IMG/VR virus record: IMGVR_UViG_3300047160_004786
Span: 20,955 to 84,954 of that record
Direction: 5' to 3' (one strand)
DNA from: a virus
Lineage: Duplodnaviria > Caudoviricetes
DNA: 64,000 nt
Below the pieces are notes generated by a model. It saw nothing but the letters and a program-made list of their open reading frames with translations, was not told the origin of the DNA and made no database searches. Positions 9,641 to 18,860 of this stretch are shown here, one piece after another (position 1 is the first letter of the stretch; every line of letters begins with the position of its first letter). The position numbers were made by a program, and so were the translations under genes.

Positions 9641-11011
9641 ATGCATAGCCTGCTTGAGGACTATCTGCCCCTGATGGCAGCGGAGGGTCTGGGCACCGGG
9701 GGTGGCGAGGAATCTGGATCGGCACCGCCGCCCCCACCGACGGACGACGATGGAGGTGGGGGCAGGGACGAGCCGGCATCCAGGGATCCTCTCGGGGCCG
9801 ACGGTGGCGACAAGGAAGTTGGCGAGCGGGCTCGACCTTCGATCCGGCGAGCACTTACCAGAACCATCGAAGATCTGAACCGTGACGCCGGCCGGGACCG
9901 TCAGGGTCGGTTTACGAGGTCTGCCCCGGAGGAGGCTGACGGAGCCGGCACCAGGGGTCAGCGGCAAGAGCAGCCGGCCCAGGCTGAGAGGCCCGCTGCG
10001 GCCCCTGCGAGCCCCGCTGGTGAGCCCAGGTCAGAGCCCCCTGCCGGGTGGGCCAGGGAAGCTAAAGACGCATGGGCGGGGCTCCCTGAGCCTGTACGGC
10101 AGGCCACGCTGCGACGTGAGCAGGAGATGGCGGCCGGCGTCGAGCAACTCAAGCAGAGGTACGGCCTGGAGATCCAAGCTCACCGGCAGCTTGGGGATGC
10201 GGTGCGACCCTACATGGAGGACATCCGGCGGGCCGGCGTGGACCCCCACATAGGGGTGCAGCGACTGCTCCAGTGGCATCGGGATCTCCAGAGTAATCCG
10301 GCCCAGAGCATGGTCCGGCTGATGGCCATGTTCGGGCTCGATCCGCGTCAGCCGCTTGTGGGTGGGGGACCGCAGCAGCCGGCTCAGCAGCAAGTGACCG
10401 GGGTGCCGGACGAGATCAAGCCGCTGGTCGAGGCGATCAATCCGTATTTCCAGCAACAGATCAATCCATTCAGCGACCAACTCAATCAGGTCAATCAGCG
10501 ATTGGCGGCCTGGGAGCAGCAGAACGCCCAGAGCAAGCAGCGGCAGACCGAAACTCAGGTCGAGAGGTGGGGTGACGACAAGCCGTATTTCGCGGCGGTG
10601 CGGCCCCTCATGCGGGAGATTCTGATCGGGGCGGATCAGAGCGGCACGGCCGGCAGGTTCCTCGACCGGTACGGTGAGGTCGATCTCGACAAGCTCTATG
10701 GGGAGGCGGTCTGGCAACACCCGGAGGTTCGGCAGAGGATTCAGCAGGAGCAGCGGGATTACGAGCATCAGCAAGCTCAGCAAGCGGCGGCTCAGCAAGC
10801 CGCCCAGCAAGCGGCCGAGGAGAAGCGGGTGCAGGATCAGCGGAGGGCTGAGGCGGATCGGGCTCGGCGGGCCTCTGCGTCTGTGAGGCCCGGGGCTCCA
10901 GGGACGACTCCTCAGCGGAGACCTGGGGAGCAGAAGGCCCCCACCAGTGTCAGGGACTCGATTGTTCAGGCTATGCAGCAAGTCAACGAGAACCGGGGAG
11001 CACGTGTTTAA
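9641..11011 (+). CDS. capsid scaffolding protein
   Basis: Position before capsid; acidic low-complexity N-terminus, PPAGWAREAKDAW motif, Gln-rich coils, C-terminal SVRDSIVQAM helix. Confidence 0.75.
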   Translation: MHSLLEDYLPLMAAEGLGTGGGEESGSAPPPPPTDDDGGGGRDEPASRDPLGADGGDKEVGERARPSIRRALTRTIEDLNRDAGRDRQGRFTRSAPEEADGAGTRGQRQEQPAQAERPAAAPASPAGEPRSEPPAGWAREAKDAWAGLPEPVRQATLRREQEMAAGVEQLKQRYGLEIQAHRQLGDAVRPYMEDIRRAGVDPHIGVQRLLQWHRDLQSNPAQSMVRLMAMFGLDPRQPLVGGGPQQPAQQQVTGVPDEIKPLVEAINPYFQQQINPFSDQLNQVNQRLAAWEQQNAQSKQRQTETQVERWGDDKPYFAAVRPLMREILIGADQSGTAGRFLDRYGEVDLDKLYGEAVWQHPEVRQRIQQEQRDYEHQQAQQAAAQQAAQQAAEEKRVQDQRRAEADRARRASASVRPGAPGTTPQRRPGEQKAPTSVRDSIVQAMQQVNENRGARV

Positions 11012-11104
11012 TCCGGGGAATTATCATGTTTATTGCCGATGATTTTAAGGCAATTAATAAGGCTCTCAGGAAATTGGAGGGTGAGGGTTGGTGGCAACCC
11101 AGAA

Positions 11105-11190
11105 AATTGGAATTTCCAATTCAAGATATTAAGCAGGTTGTTGAGCAATTGACGTTGGAATTGACACGGCCTGTTTCCAAGGCATAGTCT
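11105..11190 (+). promoter_or_regulatory. sigma70-like promoter upstream of capsid gene with TTGGAA/TTCCAA inverted repeats
   Basis: TTGACA 11161-66, 18 nt, TAGTCT 11185-90; palindrome AATTGGAA-T-TTCCAATT 11105-21; TTGGAA 11155/TTCCAA 11175 flank the -35. Confidence 0.5.
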
Positions 11191-11392
11191 GCAACCGTGC
11201 CGGCCCCACAAGGGCCGGTGGTCTATCCTGAGCTTGGAGCCGACTACAAACGGCTCGGCCAGGGGGCGACCGACCTGAGCACGGTGGGCCTGTTCGAGCG
11301 AAGCCAGGGCGGCCACAATCCGCTCATGGACGCTACCGAGACGGCGGCCGAGATCCCCAATCAATGCCTATTTGCCACGAAAGGAGATTGTC

Positions 11393-11461
11393 GTGGCGTT
11401 CCCAAATCTCAGCGAAGTCGTGACGACGACGCTGCGGTCGAGAACGGGTGAGCTTGCGGAT
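11393..11461 (+). CDS. major capsid protein, exon 1 (MAFPNLSEVVTTTLRSRTGELAD)
   Basis: AAGGAG RBS at 11381 then GTG; joins in frame to 12474 to give LADNMSRNNA, the expected capsid N-terminus. Confidence 0.85.
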
Positions 11462-12473
11462 TAAGTTTAAGTCCGCTATAAACCGGGTGAATTGCTGGGA
11501 ACTCCTTAGAGCTTCGATCACCACAGCATGGTCCGAGAGGGCGAGTGCGACGGTCGAAAAGATCGGAGATTGGACAATCAGCAGCCAAGCCAAGCTGGGG
11601 ACAAGTAGCTTGGAAGGTTCAACGACTAGGGCTGTGAGACCCCGACGATAATCGGCCCCACGAGTGCCCGGTGCCTATGCCTACAGATCACGCTGGGATC
11701 TATTCCGTAGCCAACAACGTTACTCACAAGGTATACGTTGGATCTTCAGTGAATGTGTTGAAGCGTATTCGGGAGCACATTTGGGCTCTCAAGCGTGGAG
11801 ACCATCCGAATAGGCACTTGCAGAGTGCCTGGAATAAGTACGGAGAGCATAGCTTTGAGTTTTCCGTCTTAGAGCACTGTAGCATCAGGTGGCTTGCGAA
11901 AAGGGAACAGTGGTGGATCGAAGAGTTGCAGTCTAACGGTGTGAATGGGTACAACCTTCAGCATGCCAAGAGAGGGAAGTATCCTTGTCCCAACGTTGAT
12001 GGTCACAAGATTTATTGGGACAATCTATCGGAAGACGAGAAGAGTGAGCGTGTTAAGCATCTTGTTGAACCGATAAACCGTAAGGGCAATTCTAAGCGTT
12101 TGTTATATCGATGGCGGGATCCGGAGTTCAGGGCTAAGCGAATAGCTGGCCTTAACAGGGGTAGAGAAAAAACTAACTCGAACCCTACGGATAAGATGCT
12201 GTCGGCTCTTTCTGCTGGAAGGTCCAAGGCACTAAAACGCTGGAAGACTGACCAAGAGCTAAGGGATAAGCAGCGAGCCAATAATTTGGCTCAGTGGCAA
12301 ATCCCAGAAATACGCCAAGCTAGATTAGCTGCGTTGGCTCGTGGCAGAGAGAAGACGAACGCAAAGAAAAAGGCCGATGCTGCGGCTCGTAGATTGGCTA
12401 GGCAATGATATAGTCTGGACTGGCTGGAAATCAGCCAGATGTCGGTCATAAACAGGCCGACGGTAACAGATCG
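11462..12473 (+). mobile_element. group I self-splicing intron
   Basis: Exon ends in U and intron ends in G; P1 gcggat/gtccgc with U.G; core P (gaattgctgggaac 11489), Q (aatcagcagccaag 11576), R (ggttcaacgactag 11616), S (atgatatagtctgg 12405); P9 hairpins before the 3' G. Confidence 0.9.
11677..12408 (+). CDS. intron-encoded GIY-YIG homing endonuclease
   Basis: GIYSV..N....YVGSS.N..KRIREH, HPN..LQ.AWNKYG..SFEFSVLE; basic C-terminal repeats; stop overlaps the S element. Confidence 0.9.
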   Translation: MPTDHAGIYSVANNVTHKVYVGSSVNVLKRIREHIWALKRGDHPNRHLQSAWNKYGEHSFEFSVLEHCSIRWLAKREQWWIEELQSNGVNGYNLQHAKRGKYPCPNVDGHKIYWDNLSEDEKSERVKHLVEPINRKGNSKRLLYRWRDPEFRAKRIAGLNRGREKTNSNPTDKMLSALSAGRSKALKRWKTDQELRDKQRANNLAQWQIPEIRQARLAALARGREKTNAKKKADAAARRLARQ

Positions 12474-13427
12474 AACATGAGCCGCAATAATGCTGGGCTT
12501 GTCCGAATTTCTCGTCGTGGCAATGTGAAACCAGTTTCTGGTGGAAGGACGATTGTTCAAGAGCTTAATTATGCGAACAATCAAACTTTCCAATGGTATT
12601 CGGGTTATTCGACCCTGAATATCGCACCCTCTCAGGTCTTCTCCGCTGCGGAGTTCCCGTGGCGTCAGGCGGCGGTCGCTGTCTCGATCTCGGGTCTGGA
12701 GGAACTTCAGAACTCGGGCGAGGAGGCGATCATCGATCTGCTTGAGAGCCGGGTTGCCAATGCCGAGGACACGTTCATGAACGGCCTCAGCAACGGTTTC
12801 TACGGTGATGGCAGTGTTGCCAACTCAATCGGCGGTCTTCAGTTGCTGATCTCGAACTCGCCAGCCACCGGAACGGTTGGCGGCATTTCCCGGTCGGCCT
12901 GGACGTTCTGGCAGAATCAGAGATGGTCCGCCACGACCAACGGCTCGACTGCTCTGTCCCCCTCCACGATCCAGTCGCAGATGGACGCTCTCTATGTGCT
13001 GCTGGTGCGTGGCCGGGATTATCCCGACCTGATCCTGTTCGACAACGTGCTCTACCGGTATTTCCTGCAATCGTTGCAGGCTATCCAGAGGGTGCAGTCT
13101 GACGCACCGGATTTCGTCGGGCTTGGGTATCAGACCTTGAAGTACATGAACAGTGATGTGGTACTGGACGGTGGCTTCCAGGGTCTTGCGACTGATCCTC
13201 TCCCGCCGGAAATTTCGGGCGGCAGTGCGGTCGGTGGCGTGCCTTCGACCACTGGGTTCTTCATCAATACCAAGTATCTTCACTGGCGGCCCCATAGCCG
13301 GCGGAACATGGTGCCTCTCGATCCTGATCGTTTCTCGATCAATCAGGACGCCATGATCCGGTTGCTTGGCTGGATGGGTAACCTGACGCTTTCGAACGCC
13401 TTCCTCCAGGGTCTCCTCGCGGCTTGA
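12474..13427 (+). CDS. major capsid protein, exon 2
   Basis: SGGRTIVQEL.Y, YSGY..L, SISGLEELQNSG.EAIIDLLESR, YGDG, FINTKYL motifs of podoviral capsids; spliced product 340 aa. Confidence 0.85.
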   Translation, partial: NMSRNNAGLVRISRRGNVKPVSGGRTIVQELNYANNQTFQWYSGYSTLNIAPSQVFSAAEFPWRQAAVAVSISGLEELQNSGEEAIIDLLESRVANAEDTFMNGLSNGFYGDGSVANSIGGLQLLISNSPATGTVGGISRSAWTFWQNQRWSATTNGSTALSPSTIQSQMDALYVLLVRGRDYPDLILFDNVLYRYFLQSLQAIQRVQSDAPDFVGLGYQTLKYMNSDVVLDGGFQGLATDPLPPEISGGSAVGGVPSTTGFFINTKYLHWRPHSRRNMVPLDPDRFSINQDAMIRLLGWMGNLTLSNAFLQGLLAA

Positions 13428-13494
13428 GGATTGCTCTGGGACTCCCTCTCCCTGACCATCCGCAGGGGGAGGGAGGTCGCATTGGGGGTGGTCG

Positions 13495-15084
13495 ATGGCT
13501 AGCATATCTGACGTGATTGCGGCCCTTCGTAATCGTCAGCCGGCCAATCCCGCTGATCAATCGGCATCGCCGGAAGCTCCCGACATCAGTGGAGGCAGAC
13601 CGACGGTGCTAGGTGCCGTGGGACAAGCTCTCGGCACGATTGGGGGAGAGCGGCTCGGACAACTTTACGACATGGCGACTTACCCGTTCCATCATCCGTA
13701 TCCTCCAAGCTTCTCTGATAAGGATGATCCCCGGACGCAGGCTGCTATCGGGAATGCGTTAAACATCGCTGCGACGACGGCGGGAGGCGGATTAGGGGCT
13801 TCGCCTGCGGGTACTGGAGAGATGGCACTGGGGTCTGGGCTTATGCGTATACGTCAGCCCAGAACTTTTAATTTCAATGAGCAGGGTATTCCTATTATTT
13901 CCGGTAAGAGTGAGAAGGCCGCTTACGGAAGACGTGCCGGAAAATTAGCGGATGAAATAAGTCAAATGGATCCTAATGCTGGTCCGCTGGAGATAGCAAA
14001 GTATCCAGGTCCAGCTCCGTCTGAACAATTTGCACTGAAAAGGTATACCCCAAAGAAGGGGACTTCTGACAGGATGAGAAGGGCTTTAGAAAATCCGAAT
14101 GTACTCGAAGGGGTTGATCAAAGCATTCTTGAGGGAATGAATATTGGTGCTGACAAGTGGTATCACACTGAACCTGTCAGGCAGGGGTTTTTGAAATACG
14201 GTGAAGGTTTTGGCGATGAGATGTTTCGCAACTACATGAACAATGTGGCTGCGACCAGTCCTAGATCGAATTTCCCGATGAACACCAGGAATGCATCATT
14301 CTATTATCATCTGGGTGAAACACCGGACGATATTGAATTGATGAAGCTTCCGTACCCCTATGGTCATATTGCACAGAACCTTCACAAAAGAAACGTGGCG
14401 ACGAATGTGCTCGGAGAGGGATGGAACTTGAGGCAAAATCCCAAGCCGGCATCATTCTATCAGAATTTGATAGGGAATCTTGTCCCTGGAACGATGGATA
14501 CTCATGCATTCCGCAATATTGCGATGAGAACCGGAGATCCCGATTTCCTTGAGAGGATGATCAGCGAAAAGCTGGAAAGTCCAGACGCACCGCTATCAAA
14601 CATGCAGGCAATGTACGGAGAGAGGCGAGGAGACAAATTATATTATCGTCCACAGAAGCTGTTTCTTACCAATCGAATGAGTATGGATGAAGCTCAGAAT
14701 TTTCCGATATTCTGGGCATCCAGGCCAAGGCCGAATGAATACGCCGCTGCTGAGGATTTATATACTCAACTAGCAAAGGCTCGTGGATTGCAGCCTGCTG
14801 AAGGTCAGTCGGCTGCATGGGCTGGAGCAGCGGGATTGACTGGGCTGGAAAGTCCTCCAAATCGGACTGCTACACAAGCTTTGAATAATCGGATATTGCT
14901 TGCGGCTCGTCTTCGTGGAGAAGACCCGGAAGATACATTGAAATGGTTTGTGCGACAGAGGAAACCACTTCTTAACTGGGCCGCACCGTTTGCGGCCGGT
15001 GCTGCTGCGGCTGGTGCTGGCCTGGGAGCGGCGGCAACCAGAGGCCGAGAGCAGAACCCGGCAGGCCAGGGTGGCGGAACATGA
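13495..15084 (+). CDS. putative virion cargo protein with HhH-GPD DNA-glycosylase-like domain
   Basis: ATSPRSN...NPKPASFYQNLIG...TMDTHAFRN resembles the HhH plus VDTH catalytic motif; Ala/Gly hydrophobic tail. Confidence 0.55.
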   Translation: MASISDVIAALRNRQPANPADQSASPEAPDISGGRPTVLGAVGQALGTIGGERLGQLYDMATYPFHHPYPPSFSDKDDPRTQAAIGNALNIAATTAGGGLGASPAGTGEMALGSGLMRIRQPRTFNFNEQGIPIISGKSEKAAYGRRAGKLADEISQMDPNAGPLEIAKYPGPAPSEQFALKRYTPKKGTSDRMRRALENPNVLEGVDQSILEGMNIGADKWYHTEPVRQGFLKYGEGFGDEMFRNYMNNVAATSPRSNFPMNTRNASFYYHLGETPDDIELMKLPYPYGHIAQNLHKRNVATNVLGEGWNLRQNPKPASFYQNLIGNLVPGTMDTHAFRNIAMRTGDPDFLERMISEKLESPDAPLSNMQAMYGERRGDKLYYRPQKLFLTNRMSMDEAQNFPIFWASRPRPNEYAAAEDLYTQLAKARGLQPAEGQSAAWAGAAGLTGLESPPNRTATQALNNRILLAARLRGEDPEDTLKWFVRQRKPLLNWAAPFAAGAAAAGAGLGAAATRGREQNPAGQGGGT

Positions 15085-15263
15085 TCATCAACTGGTTTTC
15101 CTGTCCTGCCGATATGGACGCACTCAACACCGAAATTCAGGCGAGGAACATCACACCAGAAATGCTCGCCTCGATACTTCTTGTCGATGAGCCAAACACC
15201 AGCGGCATTGGCGGAACTGTGGTGAAATTTCGGGTGCTCTATTGGGATCCCAAGGGGTCTTGA
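15081..15263 (+). CDS. small hypothetical protein
   Basis: ATGA overlap with the upstream gene; 60 aa. Confidence 0.55.
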   Translation: MIINWFSCPADMDALNTEIQARNITPEMLASILLVDEPNTSGIGGTVVKFRVLYWDPKGS

Positions 15264-15389
15264 TTACGTGCCTGCTATCTGACAAGCTATGAAGGTCCGT
15301 CGAAACCAATCGTCGGTCTCCGTTATGCCTAGGCCTACCAAGTTCAGCCTATGCCTACAGCAAGCCGCAATGCGGCGGGAGACGACGAC

Positions 15390-15956
15390 ATGGCTATCTA
15401 TTCAACGACCGCTCAGGCGGGCATCGACGTAAATCAAGTTTTCTATCTGGATTCGCTATTTCCCGAGTATCCGGCACCGCCTTTCCTTGTTGGCGAGCTT
15501 GCCTGGGGTACGGACGGATCGGAGTGGGTGTTCGTTACCTCGACCGTGGCCGTTCCGGCTGGTGGCGTGTGTCTGGTCAGTGCGGTCCCGGGACAGTGGT
15601 TATCCTCTCCCACGGGTGGAACGGTGGCCACGGCTCCGACCGGGCAGTTGATCGGGGTGCAGGGTGGCTCGGCTGGGACCAATACGGTCGCGGCGTTGTC
15701 CACGACCCAGACCGGGAGCTTCTACTGGCTCCAGCGGGCCGGCAACTGCCCGAATGTGAGTTGTGCGGCTGCAACGACGGCGAACACAACCCCCCTGCAT
15801 TCGGTAGCGACGGTTCCTGGTCAGGTATCGGCGGCCGGTGCTGGTGTAGGCACGACCTACCAGATCAACGGTATGGTGATCTCGCAGGCGGCCGGCAGTG
15901 TGGCCGGACCGAATACGGCTGTCCTGAATTACCCGGTTGTGGGAGCGACAAACTAA
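15390..15956 (+). CDS. head decoration / minor capsid-like protein
   Basis: GGGAG RBS; AWGTDGSEWVFV and FYWLQRAG motifs; Ala/Thr-rich; near the capsid gene. Confidence 0.6.
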   Translation: MAIYSTTAQAGIDVNQVFYLDSLFPEYPAPPFLVGELAWGTDGSEWVFVTSTVAVPAGGVCLVSAVPGQWLSSPTGGTVATAPTGQLIGVQGGSAGTNTVAALSTTQTGSFYWLQRAGNCPNVSCAAATTANTTPLHSVATVPGQVSAAGAGVGTTYQINGMVISQAAGSVAGPNTAVLNYPVVGATN

Positions 15957-16008
15957 GGATCAAGTGAGGGTGGACGTTGTCCATCCTCACTCAAATGGAG
16001 ATAGTGTA

Positions 16009-17508
16009 GTGCCGGCTCTCGAATCGACGCCAATTGATTATTTTGATTATGCACTCAAGTGCCTGCGTGAGGAAAGGAGTGCGGAGGCCGCTGCCAGCTT
16101 TGAAGGAATATTGTTTGAAGACCCTACGAACGTTGAGGCGTGGATTCATCGAGGAATCGCTTTACAAAAGATGGGAAATTTTTTCGATGCAATCGTCAAC
16201 TATGACAAAGCCATTGAATTAAATCCTTATAGACCGGAATGCTATTGCAATAAGGGTGGGGCCTTTATGGCATTCGCTCAGAATTATTTTAGATCAAATA
16301 GACATACACAGGCGAATAAGCTTTTAGATCTGGCAATGAATTGCTTTGCCAAGTCAATACATATCAACGAAACTGTGCCTGAAGCATGGCTCAACATAGG
16401 AAATCTGCATCGTATTCGAGGAGAGATTCGTCTTTCAATCGATGCATACAAAAAGGCCGCTGAATTACGCAGTAATTATGTAGACGCCCTGCTTGGCCAG
16501 TCCATATCTGAGCTTGAGTTGGGGGAGTGGGATACGGCGTGGGATCATTATGAGATACGGTGGAAGTCAGGTCAGATATTTCCTCGCAATTTCCCGTTTC
16601 CGCAATGGGAGGGTGAGGATCTCAATGGAAAGTCGATATTGATTTATGCTGAGCAGGGGTACGGGGATTCCATTAATTTTGCTTGTTTCGTCCCGGAGCT
16701 TAAACGCAGGTATCCTGAAGCAATTATAGATGTGGAAGTAAGGGCACCGTTGGTACGATTGATGGGGACCTTGGGTGGAACGAGGAAGATCGTAACCAGT
16801 GGTGACAAGGTTGGTTCCTATGATTACGGCTCTCCCATGTTATCCCTGGCGAGGGTTTTAAAGATTCGACCGGACAATGTTCCGTCTCAGCACAGTTTCC
16901 TCACGGCACACCCAGATCACGTCAAGGTCTGGAAAGACAGAATAGACGCCGACTTCAAGGGTTATGATCACAAAAATAAGCTTTTGGTTGGGATTTGCTG
17001 GTCTGGTCTGGCCAGACAGGGCAACCGTGGTGCATTGGAGATCGATGCGAGGCGTTCGACATCACTGAAACAGTGGGCTTCATTGGGTACTGTAGATAAT
17101 GTTCTTTTTGTCAGTCTTCAGAAGGATGGGCCTGTCAACGAGATCAGGACGCCTCCGTTTGGCATGATGATAAGTTATTATGCCGACGGATTGAATGACG
17201 GAATGGATGATTTTGCCGAGACTGCTGGTCTTGTGGAAAATCTTGATATGGTGATTTCTGTGGATACTGCTGTGGTTCATTTGGCTGCGGCATTAGGTAA
17301 GCCGACATGGATGCTTTCTCGGTTTGACGGTTGCTGGCGTTGGTTGGGTGATCGTGAGGATTCTGTCTGGTATCCAACGTTGAGGCAATTTAGGCAGAAA
17401 AGAATTGGTGATTGGTCTGATGTGATGGAGAGGGTTGCGACCGAGTTAAAGGGGGTAGTGGCCGGCAAGTCGCCTATACCGTGGCTGGACGCTGCCAAGG
17501 CAGCATAA
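16009..17508 (+). CDS. TPR-repeat glycosyltransferase (GT-B, GT9-like)
   Basis: N-terminal TPRs; EQGYGDSINF, ISVDTAVVHLAAALGKPTW, WRWL..REDS.WYPTLR.FRQ motifs; GGAG RBS before GTG 16009. Confidence 0.85.
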   Translation: MPALESTPIDYFDYALKCLREERSAEAAASFEGILFEDPTNVEAWIHRGIALQKMGNFFDAIVNYDKAIELNPYRPECYCNKGGAFMAFAQNYFRSNRHTQANKLLDLAMNCFAKSIHINETVPEAWLNIGNLHRIRGEIRLSIDAYKKAAELRSNYVDALLGQSISELELGEWDTAWDHYEIRWKSGQIFPRNFPFPQWEGEDLNGKSILIYAEQGYGDSINFACFVPELKRRYPEAIIDVEVRAPLVRLMGTLGGTRKIVTSGDKVGSYDYGSPMLSLARVLKIRPDNVPSQHSFLTAHPDHVKVWKDRIDADFKGYDHKNKLLVGICWSGLARQGNRGALEIDARRSTSLKQWASLGTVDNVLFVSLQKDGPVNEIRTPPFGMMISYYADGLNDGMDDFAETAGLVENLDMVISVDTAVVHLAAALGKPTWMLSRFDGCWRWLGDREDSVWYPTLRQFRQKRIGDWSDVMERVATELKGVVAGKSPIPWLDAAKAA

Positions 17509-17521
17509 TGGGAGGTTTGGA

Positions 17522-18439
17522 ATGGAAGACTTGGCACCTGATTTCTCTCGGCCGACATCGGTCAATATGGACTGGAATAGCGGCGTTGGCACCGTGGAAT
17601 ATAACCAGGGTGATCGAGGACTGCTTGTCGCCTTCCGGTGGGAGCGGGTGAAGAACGATGCTAAGTCGGCTGAGCAAGGCAGGCCGATTTGGGAGAGGGT
17701 GCCGTTCGTTCGCATTCAGCACATTGGTGACCAGACGACGATCATCGAGCGGCCTGTCAAGACCACAGGGTTTGATGACGACAGGCGTCGGTTTCCTCGG
17801 CAGTGGAATGCGTTTCTGCACAATCAGGTTGATCTGCCCAATGGAACACCTACCAGCGTTTTGTTTCCCAATCAGCCGGACATCGTCGGTAACCTTCAGT
17901 CCTGGGGTATTCACGTTGTGGAACAGTTGGCAGATGTCAATTCTCACGGCATTGCCTCGATGGGTATGGGGGCTCAGGAATGGCAGAACAAGGCGAAGCG
18001 GTACTTGGAGGATGCGAAGCGTGGGGTCGATCACCATGCCTTTGAGACCTACAAGAAGAACATGGAAAGGGAACTGAGGGTTCGGGATAATCAGATTCAG
18101 GAATTGATTTCCCAGATCAATAAGCTGACGGACGCCCTGGCCAACCAGTCGATCCATGTCCAGGGAGTGATCGGGCAGCAGGTTGTCACCGGCATTCAGC
18201 AGCCGCCTCAGACGAACCCCTTCCCGTTCTCGGCTCCGATGCATCAGCCGCCGCGTCAGCAGACGTTGGAAGAGATCCTTCGACCCGCTGAGGACGTGGT
18301 GGTCGGTCCTCTCGACCCGGAATCGATTGCTCCTCCTCCGGGTTTCTTCAGTGGGGATGTCCAGTCGGAGCAGATCGCCGCCAATCACCCAAGTGAATTG
18401 GTATTGCAGCGTCGTCCTCGCACGAGGCAGACGGTATAA
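17522..18439 (+). CDS. conserved podoviral head-module protein
   Basis: GRPIWE.VPFVRI, DRRRFPRQWNAF, GTP, GIHVVEQLA motifs then a coiled coil; GGAGG RBS. Confidence 0.6.
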   Translation: MEDLAPDFSRPTSVNMDWNSGVGTVEYNQGDRGLLVAFRWERVKNDAKSAEQGRPIWERVPFVRIQHIGDQTTIIERPVKTTGFDDDRRRFPRQWNAFLHNQVDLPNGTPTSVLFPNQPDIVGNLQSWGIHVVEQLADVNSHGIASMGMGAQEWQNKAKRYLEDAKRGVDHHAFETYKKNMERELRVRDNQIQELISQINKLTDALANQSIHVQGVIGQQVVTGIQQPPQTNPFPFSAPMHQPPRQQTLEEILRPAEDVVVGPLDPESIAPPPGFFSGDVQSEQIAANHPSELVLQRRPRTRQTV

Positions 18440-18445
18440 GGAGGC

Positions 18446-18859
18446 ATGGGAATGAGCACTGATCAGGTACTGATGGGAATGGGGTTGCCGGCAGGACTAG
18501 CCGCTCGGATAGCGAATGCGGGGACTGGTCCTGTTTTGCAGGCGGCCGGGACCGGTAATCAGGCTGCGACTACCCCGATTGGTGGCAAGCAGTTTGTGGT
18601 TTTCATCGGCTCGCCTGGAACCGGTGGAAGCTTGAGACTGCCTCAGTTCGGTGGAAGTGATTTCGCCGCAGAAATTGCGGATGATTTCACGATTCACAAT
18701 GGCGTCAATGCCAACGTCACGATCTACGCTCCGCTCAATGCCACGGTGAATATTGGCGGGACGCAGTATTCGGGCAACACCGGAATTGTGTTGGCGGCGT
18801 TCAAGACGCTGAGCTACTGGCCAATCAATGCAGTCCAAGGGTTCGGTCTTTCGGCGTGA
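18446..18859 (+). CDS. small structural protein
   Basis: AGGAGG RBS; Gly/Ala-rich 137 aa with LMGMGLPA.LA start. Confidence 0.6.
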   Translation: MGMSTDQVLMGMGLPAGLAARIANAGTGPVLQAAGTGNQAATTPIGGKQFVVFIGSPGTGGSLRLPQFGGSDFAAEIADDFTIHNGVNANVTIYAPLNATVNIGGTQYSGNTGIVLAAFKTLSYWPINAVQGFGLSA

Positions 18860-18860
18860 G

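Noticed and set aside
11197-11651. ORFs 11197..11451 and 11448..11651
   Set aside because: They overlap the capsid leader, exon 1 in another frame and the intron core; better explained by the spliced capsid gene.
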